A stretch of DNA of 64,000 nucleotides, taken from contig JAPSJV010000011.1 in NCBI GenBank assembly GCA_031178005.1, forward strand, positions 30,799-94,798, written 5' to 3'. Every line of letters begins with the position of its first letter. The stretch's first letter is position 1. The position numbers were made by a program, and so were the translations under genes. This DNA is from Pseudarthrobacter sp. Its GTDB lineage: Bacteria; Actinomycetota; Actinomycetes; Actinomycetales; Micrococcaceae. The notes beneath the pieces are model-generated. The model ran no database searches, was not told where the DNA came from, and was given only the letters and a program-made list of their open reading frames with translations. Below are positions 43,090 to 51,664 of the stretch, one piece after another.

Positions 43090-43641
43090 ATGCGCAAACT
43101 GACTGCTGGCTTGTTTCACTCGATAGACGGTGTGGTGTCTGATCCCTTCCTTTGGCAGTTCGACTCCTTCGACCAGGAGCTGGGCAACGGAATGGACGAG
43201 ATGATGCGCCGCGTGGACACGGTGGTCCTGGGCCGGGTGAGCTACCAGGAATAGGCCGGCTACTGGCCAACGGCTCCCGTGGACCAGGACTTCGCCGGCT
43301 TCATCAACCCGGTTCCCAAATATGTGGCATCCCGGAGCCTGTCCGGTCCGCTCGAGTGGGAGAACTCGCACCTGATGGATGCTCCGTTGGAGGAGTTCGT
43401 GGCCAGGTTGAAGGAGACCGACGGCCGCGAAATCGCAGTGTGCGGAAGCGTTTCCGTTACGCGCCAGCTCCTGTTCGCCGGACTGCTGGATTCCCTGACG
43501 CTCATGACACATCCGGTGGTGGCAGGCAGCGGACGGCGGCTGTTTGAACCCGGTGATCCGTTGACACGGTTGGCCTTGCATGACGAATACCGGACCAGCA
43601 ACGGCAACGTAATCAGCACGTACGGGTTGATGGCCCCCTAG
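43090..43641 (+). pseudogene. Dihydrofolate reductase/RibD C-terminal family protein with internal amber stop
   Basis: MRKLTAGLFHSIDGVV...LGRVSYQE*AGYWP...KYVASRSL...HPVVAGSGRRLF; TAG at 43252-43254. Confidence 0.85.
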
Positions 43642-43642
43642 A

Positions 43643-43708
43643 CCCAAGTGACTAGCAGTTGATGTCGTCAAAACGCGAGATGACGACATTAATTGCTAGT
43701 CAGTTGGG
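43643..43708. repeat. 66-bp palindromic element, family A
   Basis: CCCAAGTGACTAGCAGTTGATGTCGTCAAAACGCGAGATGACGACATTAATTGCTAGTCAGTTGGG. Confidence 0.88.
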
Positions 43709-43729
43709 CGGGGATGAGCCGGGTTTCGG

Positions 43730-44548
43730 TCAGGCGCCGACCAGTTCGGCGCTGCGGTCCCAAAGCCGGCGCGCCAGATCGGCGTCGTAGGCCTGCTTGT
43801 TGGCCTTGGCCAGTGCACGCTTGGCGTAGTAGGCGCCCGAAACCCAGTCCTTTCCTGCCGTTCCGTTTGCCAGCCACACCAGAGTGTCGGCACCCTGATC
43901 CGGGCTGAGCATAAAACGGTTCAGCAGCGTGGTGTAGGCGTGCCGCATGGTGCTTGAAGACTCGCTGGCGAAGTTGGTGCGGACCACGCCCGGGTGGAAT
44001 GCCGCCGTCGTGATTCCTTGGTCTCCATACCGCCGGTGGAGTTCAGACGTGAACAGGATGTTAGCCAGTTTGGCGGTTCCGTAGGCCCGGTTGGTGGCAT
44101 ATTTGCTGTCCGAGTTGACGTCGGCCAGGTCCAGGCGGCCGAACCCGTTGGCCGCGCTCGAGGTGTTGATGACCTTGGCGGAGCTGGCCGTGAGGACGTC
44201 CATCAGTGCCGTAGTGAGCAGAAACGGCGCCAGGTGGTTGATCTGAAACGTGCTCTCATAGCCGTCGATGGTGAGTTGGTGTTTGCCCATGATGCCGCCG
44301 GCGTTGTTGGCCAGGACGTCGATGCGCGGGTAGGCATCACGGAGCTGCGCGGCCAGGGTGCGGACCTGGTCGAGCTCTGAGAAGTCGGCCAGGAAGTAGT
44401 CGGCATTGAGCTCGGTGGCGATGGCCTTGGTCTTGGCCCCGGAACGGCCGACGATCACCACGTTGTCTCCCGCCGCTGAAAAAGTGTGGGCGGCGGCGGC
44501 GCCGATCCCATCGCTGGCTCCGGTGATGACAATCGTTCGTTGGCTCAT
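43730..44548 (-). CDS. SDR family oxidoreductase
   Basis: TGASDGIG, NNAG, YGTAK, HPGVVRT. Confidence 0.92.
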   Translation of the reverse strand: MSQRTIVITGASDGIGAAAAHTFSAAGDNVVIVGRSGAKTKAIATELNADYFLADFSELDQVRTLAAQLRDAYPRIDVLANNAGGIMGKHQLTIDGYESTFQINHLAPFLLTTALMDVLTASSAKVINTSSAANGFGRLDLADVNSDSKYATNRAYGTAKLANILFTSELHRRYGDQGITTAAFHPGVVRTNFASESSSTMRHAYTTLLNRFMLSPDQGADTLVWLANGTAGKDWVSGAYYAKRALAKANKQAYDADLARRLWDRSAELVGA

Positions 44549-44595
44549 GGGCTGTACAACGCGGCGTGCACTGCCGATGTTCCGCCGGGCCCTGA

Positions 44596-45180
44596 TCAGC
44601 CCGGGGCGATCGTCACGGTGTCCAGGCCACAGGTCAACAGCAGCAGCTCTTCCTTGGCCTCGAGATGGCAGTTTCGGTCGCGGACCCGTGGGAAGCCGGT
44701 GAGATCTGCGCCCGCCTGGTTATACGCGTATTGAAAATCGTCGTATCTGGTGTAGATACTGACGCTGTCTGCGTCAAAGGTGCTTTCGACCAGGAGCACA
44801 GACCGCCCGTCGGCAGCCTCAAACCGAGTGTGGTGGCTGTTGTCAGTGAGCACAAAAGCGAAGATAAACAACAGTGCCAGGTAGGCAGCCGCGGGCAGTG
44901 CTACAGCGGCTGACAGGCAGATGACGCTGATCCGGAGCCATCCCCGGCGAATGCGCCCGATGAGCGAGGGGACCAGCAGGAAGGCTCCAATCACTCCCGT
45001 GATGACACTGAGCACCACGGCCCAGCCGGTAACCGAGCTTTCGGTAATCCCATGGAAGTGGAAGACAAGCCGGCGGCCGGCCGCGTCTGACCCGGGCTGC
45101 TCCCAGACCTCCGTGCCCCACCAATAGATCACCGCGGCCACAACGATGAGCGCCGTTCCCCATATTTCACGTCGCTTCAC
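44596..45180 (-). CDS. Hypothetical membrane protein
   Basis: 3 TM segments plus soluble C-terminal domain. Confidence 0.6.
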   Translation of the reverse strand: MKRREIWGTALIVVAAVIYWWGTEVWEQPGSDAAGRRLVFHFHGITESSVTGWAVVLSVITGVIGAFLLVPSLIGRIRRGWLRISVICLSAAVALPAAAYLALLFIFAFVLTDNSHHTRFEAADGRSVLLVESTFDADSVSIYTRYDDFQYAYNQAGADLTGFPRVRDRNCHLEAKEELLLLTCGLDTVTIAPG

Positions 45181-45354
45181 CGATGACCGCCGGCATCCAG
45201 CGCACGTAGAAACAGATCCATGACTCCCCCAAGGTATGCAGCTACGCTCTTTGGCGCACTGCTACCTAAGGATATTTCAGCCGGGGCGGACCTACGGCAA
45301 AGCCACAGGGTCTGGACGGTGTCCGCCACCTGCCGCCCGGGGGGCAACTTCGAA

Positions 45355-46971
45355 TCAGCGCTCCGGTGTGAGCGCCTTGCCCCACAACACTGCGCCTGTG
45401 GCGTCCCGGAGCGTGATGGTGAAAACGTCGTCCTGGTCCAGGTCCACGTGTCCGAAGTACTGGCTGGTGCCCGTTCGAGGCGACTGGTTTGGGTAGGCGC
45501 CAGCCTTGAAAAACGCCACCTCGGGACCGAATGTGTTGTCCAGGCCGGAGGGGCCGAAGGTGCCGGCGTTGATGGGTCCGGCCACGAACTCCCAGAACGG
45601 ATCGAAGTCCCGGAAGGCGGCGCGCTCGGGCGAGTAGTGGTGGGCGGCGCAGTAGTGGACATCTGCGGTGAGCCAAACGATGTTCTTGACCCGGTTGCGT
45701 TTGAAGGCGGAGAGCACCCGGGCGATCTCCAGTTCCTTACCCAGCGGCGCGCCGTCGTCCCCGTTGGAGAGCGATTCCTGCGCGGCGCCGTCAGGCACGA
45801 TCAAGCCGAGCGGAAGGTCCGCGGAGATCACCTTCCAGGTTGCCTTGGAGTGGCTGACTTCCTTGATGAGCCAGTCGGCTTGCTCCTGGCCCAGGATGGC
45901 CCGCAGGTCCGTTTCCTTACCGTCGGTGTTGGGATCTTTGAAGGTGCGCATGTCCAGGCAGAAGATGTCCAGCTGCGGGCCGCGGGAGATCTTCCGGTAG
46001 ATGCGGGCCGGTTCGAACCCGCTGCTGCCGTCGCTGAGCTGGGCGATCGGCTGGTACTCCTGCCAGGCCTGCCGGCCGCGGGCGGCGAGGACGTCCACGC
46101 GGCGTTCCGTGTAGCGGGCGTCGGCGATGATCTCGCCCGGGTACCAGTTGTTGTGGGTCTCGTGGTCATCCCACTGTGCGATCACTGGCACTTCTGCGTA
46201 CATCGCACGAACGTTGGCATCCATCATGTTGTAGCGGTGCCGGCCGCGGAACTCCTCGAGCGACTCCGCCACCTTGGACACTTCCTCGGTGACCAGGTTG
46301 TGCCAGATTTGCCCGTCCGGCTCGGCGACCTGGGCCGAGATGGGGCCGTCCGCGTAGATGGTGTCGCCCGAGTGGATGAAGAAGTCTGGGCGGGTGGCGT
46401 GCATGGCAGCGTAGCCGCGCATGCCGCCGATGGATTCGTTGATGCCCCAGCCCTGGCCCGCGGTATCGCCCGACCAGACGAAGCTCTGGTGCCGCGGCGT
46501 GCCGTCCCGCTTCATCATTGCGGCGGTGTCTGGGGCGGTGCTGAACATGCCTTTTACAGATTCACCCGCGTAGCCGTCCATGTCTTCGAAGGACAGGGTC
46601 AGGTCGAACCGGGTGCCGCCGGGGAGCCGCTCGGCCAGGATCTTGGAGGTGAAGTCCGTCGCTCCGGTGGCGGTGGTCCCGCGAAGTACCCGGTGGAAGG
46701 CGCGGCCGCCGCGCAGGGGCGTGCCGCCGTCGTCAACGGCCAGAAGGTTCGCAACCAGGCGCCCCGGACCCGACGCTCGCGACCACAGCACCCCGGAACT
46801 CGTGGTCACATCGCCGGTAGCAATTCCCGAAGGCAGGGTCAGCCGGTTGCGCACCAAAGGGATGGCCGACGGACGGTTCACCGCGGACGCGGCGGTAGCA
46901 GGAACGACGACGACGGTACCGGCGGCTGCCAGGGCCCCCTTCAGGACGGTGCGGCGAGTGAAAGCAGTCAT
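45355..46971 (-). CDS. phoD: PhoD-family alkaline phosphatase (Tat-exported)
   Basis: TRRTVLK Tat signal; HSGDTIYAD, WDDHE..NN, LDMR, TADVHY. Confidence 0.92.
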   Translation of the reverse strand: MTAFTRRTVLKGALAAAGTVVVVPATAASAVNRPSAIPLVRNRLTLPSGIATGDVTTSSGVLWSRASGPGRLVANLLAVDDGGTPLRGGRAFHRVLRGTTATGATDFTSKILAERLPGGTRFDLTLSFEDMDGYAGESVKGMFSTAPDTAAMMKRDGTPRHQSFVWSGDTAGQGWGINESIGGMRGYAAMHATRPDFFIHSGDTIYADGPISAQVAEPDGQIWHNLVTEEVSKVAESLEEFRGRHRYNMMDANVRAMYAEVPVIAQWDDHETHNNWYPGEIIADARYTERRVDVLAARGRQAWQEYQPIAQLSDGSSGFEPARIYRKISRGPQLDIFCLDMRTFKDPNTDGKETDLRAILGQEQADWLIKEVSHSKATWKVISADLPLGLIVPDGAAQESLSNGDDGAPLGKELEIARVLSAFKRNRVKNIVWLTADVHYCAAHHYSPERAAFRDFDPFWEFVAGPINAGTFGPSGLDNTFGPEVAFFKAGAYPNQSPRTGTSQYFGHVDLDQDDVFTITLRDATGAVLWGKALTPER

Positions 46972-47041
46972 GCACCTATCGTCGTCGGGTCCAGTGAACC
47001 TGTGGCGACGGTGGGATGAATTGTGGCGGGAGTTGTTGGGG

Positions 47042-47956
47042 TTATCTGGTGCGGCAGCCTTCGCCGAGGGGGTTCACGTTGCAATCGTCCGCGTAGTTCC
47101 GGGTCACCGAGCGCCAGACCTGAAGTGTCTGGGGCGCCGATGTGAACTCTCCGGTGCCATTGATGGGCAGGGCAGGGCCGTTGTTTACCGAGTACGTGCC
47201 AGTGAAGGACGTGGTCACCGTGACGTTGAAGTTGCCGGTATTGCCGTAAACGTGGCTGGTTCGGGTCTTGCTCCCCCACTCCGCTTCTGGGATGGGGCCG
47301 CCATAGGTTCCGCTGGGACCTAATGTGGCACCGTCGCCGTAGTTGAAGGAGTACTGCGAGGGCGTTGCCGTCAGGTGGACCCTCTGGCCCAGTATGGTCA
47401 CGTCGAACTGCTGTTCGGCGGCGCTGGCGTAGACATTGGTCTCGGCACCGACGAGGGTATGCGGCGACGGCTGGGCGGAGACGGAGCCTGCTGTGATGGG
47501 CAGGTTCCGGAAATCCTCAAGGATGCGGGCGGCGATGCGCGGGAGGACATCTTCGGGCTTGGAGTCGTAGAGGCAAGTTGGGCCGCCCATAGGCGTCCAC
47601 TCGGTCCACGTGGGATTGGCGATGGCCCGTGGTGCAGAGCGCCATATAACCAACGTGCCTTCGGTTCCGTCTGCACGTGGTGGGCAGAGCCGCTGGCTAT
47701 CAGGGCAAGCGGCATGCAGGCTCTGCTCATCAACTTGGCAAGCAAAAATGTAGTCGTAGCGGTTGGGATCTTGGGTTACTGTTCCAGCAGGTTTTTGGAC
47801 CATGTCGCCGGTACCGTCCGGGGTCCAAATTGAAGCACCGATGTCGATAAGTTTGTCCTGAAAGCTGCCCTCAAACTTTGGCTCATCAGCAAATACCGGA
47901 GGAGCCGCCTGAAGCACCAGTATGAGTACACACAACCCCAAAATGCGTCGTAGCAT
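47042..47956 (-). CDS. Secreted Cys-containing protein with C-terminal PKD-like domain
   Basis: Signal peptide; TLVGAETNVYA, ATPSQYSFNYGDG, TSHVY..TG.F.VTVTT.FTGTYSVN. Confidence 0.78.
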   Translation of the reverse strand: MLRRILGLCVLILVLQAAPPVFADEPKFEGSFQDKLIDIGASIWTPDGTGDMVQKPAGTVTQDPNRYDYIFACQVDEQSLHAACPDSQRLCPPRADGTEGTLVIWRSAPRAIANPTWTEWTPMGGPTCLYDSKPEDVLPRIAARILEDFRNLPITAGSVSAQPSPHTLVGAETNVYASAAEQQFDVTILGQRVHLTATPSQYSFNYGDGATLGPSGTYGGPIPEAEWGSKTRTSHVYGNTGNFNVTVTTSFTGTYSVNNGPALPINGTGEFTSAPQTLQVWRSVTRNYADDCNVNPLGEGCRTR

Positions 47957-47960
47957 GGCG

Positions 47961-48602
47961 TTACCTAATCAGGCCCATCTCGTCTACTTGCCAGCGAGAG
48001 TCGATGAATGCCGCCACAAGCTGACTGCCGTTGTTCTGCAGCGGAGTCGGGTCTTGGTAAAGGCTTCCGTCAGCACTGTGAATGCGCATTTCCTGTTGAA
48101 TGACCTGCAGGGTGACTTCCTGCGTGCTCCCGGCCGGATCGAAGTGGGCCTCGACAGACGGCGTACTTATAGTAGCCCCCGAAAGCCAGCGACCTTCCTC
48201 CCACATCTGGTCAATAACATCGTGCAATCCGACACACACCACACAGTTTGAGGAACTCAACGTTCTAATTTCTGCAGTCTCCCCCGTCTCGTATCCGTAG
48301 CTGAGCAACTCGAACCAGTACTTTGTGAACGCCTCCAGCCCTTCCTTCGAATTCTCGTCGGCCAAGGCGGGCTTCACCGGAACTGGTACATTCTGCGCCT
48401 TGCCGGAAGCATCAGCCGGCTTGTAGGTGGCGGTCGGAGTCGTCGTCGGTGTCGGAGTTACCGTCGGAGCAGCAGATGTGGACGTCGGTTCCGTCACCGG
48501 ATCCCCGCCACCCTGGCAACCAGTCAGCACCAGGGCACCGCCAAGGATGAGGGCCACAAGAAGGCCGCTTGGCCGGGTGGAAAGCGCGGTTCGGATATTC
48601 AT
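47961..48602 (-). CDS. DUF6318-like lipoprotein
   Basis: Lipobox LTGC; YKPADASGKAQNVPVP, EGLEAFTKYWF.LLSYGYETG, CxxC. Confidence 0.8.
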   Translation of the reverse strand: MNIRTALSTRPSGLLVALILGGALVLTGCQGGGDPVTEPTSTSAAPTVTPTPTTTPTATYKPADASGKAQNVPVPVKPALADENSKEGLEAFTKYWFELLSYGYETGETAEIRTLSSSNCVVCVGLHDVIDQMWEEGRWLSGATISTPSVEAHFDPAGSTQEVTLQVIQQEMRIHSADGSLYQDPTPLQNNGSQLVAAFIDSRWQVDEMGLIR

Positions 48603-48831
48603 GGACGTCCCTAGAAATTTTTAGACAACCGCCAAGTCGCGGACGACCGAAAGACGGAGAACAGAGTAAAACCGTGGCTGTAAGCATAACCGGGCACAAC
48701 TTTAGCCCTTCAAAGTTATCCACAGCCTTCCCGTTACCCGCAAGTCATACGCGACATACGAGAGGTGCCCGGCGTCGCGGTTTGGCCCAGATCGGGAACC
48801 CGTGGCCACTCCCGGAACCCGCTTTAAACGC

Positions 48832-48872
48832 AAAAAAAAGCAGGGCCGGTTCGCAATGAACCGGCCCTGCTT
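48832..48872 (-). terminator. Intrinsic terminator of the csp gene
   Basis: AAGCAGGGCCGGTTC...GAACCGGCCCTGC plus T8 on minus strand. Confidence 0.9.
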
Positions 48873-48904
48873 AGAAACCTTACGGTTCCAGAATATCTAG
48901 GAAA

Positions 48905-49108
48905 TTAGATAGCCTGGATGTTCGTGGCCTGAGGACCCTTGGGGCCCTGCTCGGTTTCGAAGGAGACCTTCTGGTTCTCTTCGAGGGAGCGGAAGCCGGA
49001 GGAGTTGATCGCGGAGTAGTGCGCGAAAACGTCCTGTGAGGAGTCATCGGGGGAAATGAAGCCGAAGCCCTTTTCAGCGTTAAACCATTTGACGGTGCCA
49101 GTAGCCAT
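48905..49108 (-). CDS. cspA: Cold-shock protein
   Basis: [22 protein letters not shown]; roughly 145-nt leader after -10 TATAGT (49259-49264). Confidence 0.96.
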   Translation of the reverse strand: MATGTVKWFNAEKGFGFISPDDSSQDVFAHYSAINSSGFRSLEENQKVSFETEQGPKGPQATNIQAI

Positions 49109-49435
49109 TATTTTTGTCCTTCTTGAAGGTGGAGGGAAAATCCCGACTTTCGGGCCCTCCGGCGTGGGGTGTTCAAAACCGCTTCTTCAGAAGAACGCGG
49201 ACTTTCGACCGCGCTTACTGCCTGAATTACTAACTGCATAAACACAACAACAAGTACGACTATACAGGACTCTGCTCCGTAAGCCATAGCCAGGAAGGTT
49301 AACTTTGGGTGTCGCACCTCGCCGGCCGCGGGGCGGTTCGGCCCGGCCCGCTTCAATCTGGGCGCGCTATTCCCGAAGCCCGGCAAGCCACATATGCTGC
49401 TGCAAGGCCTGCGATTCCGCGTGAAGGAGCTTCCT

Positions 49436-49816
49436 ATGGACATGCCCAAACCGTCAGATGCGGACAAGCAACGCTTCCGGAAGGCCATGCCTGACCATCC
49501 GGATGTCGTCGTGAAGCCGATGTTCGGGAACCTCGGCGGTTTCGTGAATGGCAACATGTTCGCCGGCTTGTTCGGCCCGGTGCTCGGAATCAAGCTGGCG
49601 CCGGCGGATAAGGCGGAATTGGAAAATGCCGAAGCCACCGTCCCCTTCGGGCCCGCAGAACGTCCCATGGGTGGCTATACCGGATTACCGGAATCTTGGC
49701 CGGACGGAAATCACAACGAAGAGACGGCCGCTTGGGTTGGGAAGGCCTTTGAATACATCGCCACGTTGCCGCCCAAAGCACCGAAGTCACCAAAAGTACC
49801 CAGGAACGCCGGCTAG
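49436..49816 (+). CDS. TfoX N-terminal domain protein
   Basis: AAGGAG RBS; KPMFGNLGGFVNGNMFAGLFG, RPMGGY. Confidence 0.85.
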   Translation: MDMPKPSDADKQRFRKAMPDHPDVVVKPMFGNLGGFVNGNMFAGLFGPVLGIKLAPADKAELENAEATVPFGPAERPMGGYTGLPESWPDGNHNEETAAWVGKAFEYIATLPPKAPKSPKVPRNAG

Positions 49817-49944
49817 GACTACGCGCGGCCCACCGCGCGACCCAAAAACCACCAACCTGCGCCAACCCGATGCTGGCCGTTCGTTCACTCCCTTTTCACT
49901 CTGAGGTCGGCAAGCGTCCAGTCGCCGTGAATACGTTCGAGTGC

Positions 49945-51534
49945 ATGGAAAACATTTCACGTAGATCCCTGCTCTCTGTTGGCCTCGGTGCCGGCATCGT
50001 TGCCGCTGTCCCAAGTGCCGCCGTCGCGGTTTCCACCGCTGAAGGTGCTGGCCTGAAGACTGACCCGTTTATGCTCGGCATCGCATCCGGGGAGCCGTGG
50101 GCTGACGGTTTTGTCCTCTGGACTCGCCTGGCGGTGAACCCGCTGGCGGAGGATGGCCTGGGCGGCATGCCCAACCGCAGCGTCCCCGTCGCCTGGGAAG
50201 TCGCTGAGGATGAAGGCATGCGCAAGGTTGTGGCCCGCGGCGTCGAACACGCCCGGACGGAGAACGCCCACTCGGTGCACGTTGAGCTGAAGGGCCTGAA
50301 ACCCGGCCGCGAGTACTACTACCGCTTCCGCTCCGGCCGGTACGTCAGCGCCGTCGGCCGGACCATGACCAGCCCAGCACTCCACGAAACCCCCTCGGCC
50401 TTGGCAATGGCCTTCGCCAGTTGCTCGCAGTACGAGCACGGCTATTTCACCGCCTACCGCCGCCTGGCAGAGGATCACCCGGACCTCGTGCTGCACCTGG
50501 GCGACTACATCTACGAATACAAGAAGGACAGCTACGTGATCGGCGGCGGCAACCCGCGCGACCACGAAGGTCCGGAGACGTCGTCATTGGCCGGGTATCG
50601 CCAGCGTCACGCACAGTACAAGTCCGACGTCGATCTGCAGGCTGCACATGCTGTGGCGCCGTGGCTGGTGATTTGGGATGACCACGAAGTGGACAACAAC
50701 TGGGCAGACGAGGTCCCGGAGAACAGTGACGCGAACCAGCTCAACGACACCACCGAGCGCTTCCGTCAGCGCCGCGCTGCAGCGTTCCAGGCGTACTACG
50801 AGAACATGCCGCTGCGCGCGTCCTCCGTTCCGGCAGGTTTTGACATGAAGATCTACCGCACCCTGCAGTGGGGGCAGCTGGCCAACTTCCACATGATGGA
50901 CACCCGCCAGTACCGCGACGACCAGCTGGCGGGCGACGGTTGGAAGAAGAACATTGCAGAGCGCCTCGCGGAGAACCGCACCATCACCGGCGCCGAGCAG
51001 GAACAGTGGCTGCTGGACGGGTTCCGGAACTCCACCCAGCGCTGGGACATTCTGGGCCAGCAGGTGTTCTTCACCGAACGCGACCGCAACGTGGCGCCGG
51101 ACATCGACGACGTCTCCATGGACGGCTGGGATGGCTACGCGTCGTCCCGCCGGCGCATCACCCAGGGTTGGGTGGACGCGGACGTGCGCAACGCCGTCGT
51201 ACTCACCGGCGATGTGCACCGCAACTGGGCTGCCGACGTCAAGGTCGACTACAAGGACCCCGCCTCTCCCGTGGTCGGTTCGGAACTGGTGTGCACCTCC
51301 ATCACCTCAACCGGTGACGGAACGGGGTCCACGGTTGACCCCATCATGGCCTGGAACCCGCACCTGAAGTTCTACAACGACAACCGCGGCTACGTAAACA
51401 CCCGCATCACCAAGGACTCCATACAGGCGGACTTCCGGGTCCTGGATTACGTCACGACACCGGGCGCGCCCGTCTCAACGAAGGTCTCCTACGAGATCCT
51501 CGACGGTGTGCCGGGGCTGCAGGCGAAGGCCTAA
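49945..51534 (+). CDS. phoD: PhoD-family alkaline phosphatase (Tat-exported), second paralog
   Basis: SRRSLL; FMLGIASGEP, HLGDYIYE, WDDHEVDNN, DTRQYR, DGWDGY, TGDVH. Confidence 0.93.
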   Translation: MENISRRSLLSVGLGAGIVAAVPSAAVAVSTAEGAGLKTDPFMLGIASGEPWADGFVLWTRLAVNPLAEDGLGGMPNRSVPVAWEVAEDEGMRKVVARGVEHARTENAHSVHVELKGLKPGREYYYRFRSGRYVSAVGRTMTSPALHETPSALAMAFASCSQYEHGYFTAYRRLAEDHPDLVLHLGDYIYEYKKDSYVIGGGNPRDHEGPETSSLAGYRQRHAQYKSDVDLQAAHAVAPWLVIWDDHEVDNNWADEVPENSDANQLNDTTERFRQRRAAAFQAYYENMPLRASSVPAGFDMKIYRTLQWGQLANFHMMDTRQYRDDQLAGDGWKKNIAERLAENRTITGAEQEQWLLDGFRNSTQRWDILGQQVFFTERDRNVAPDIDDVSMDGWDGYASSRRRITQGWVDADVRNAVVLTGDVHRNWAADVKVDYKDPASPVVGSELVCTSITSTGDGTGSTVDPIMAWNPHLKFYNDNRGYVNTRITKDSIQADFRVLDYVTTPGAPVSTKVSYEILDGVPGLQAKA

Positions 51535-51542
51535 GGGAAAGC

Positions 51543-51588
51543 ACGACGGCGGGCGGCTGGTTTTCGAACCGGCCGCCCGTTTCGTCGT
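51543..51588. terminator. Hairpin terminator
   Basis: CGGGCGGCTGGTT-TTCG-AACCGGCCGCCCG. Confidence 0.7.
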
Positions 51589-51664
51589 TAAGGACTTGGC
51601 CCGCTGCCGCGGGTTCTCCAAGTCCAAATTTGGATTTGGAGAAAACTTGGAGAACCCCGAGCCG

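Noticed and set aside
35741-43254. Amber recoding as a shared explanation for the two broken genes
   Set aside because: Many intact genes here end in TAG, so it is a normal stop, and the nuclease lesion is a frameshift.
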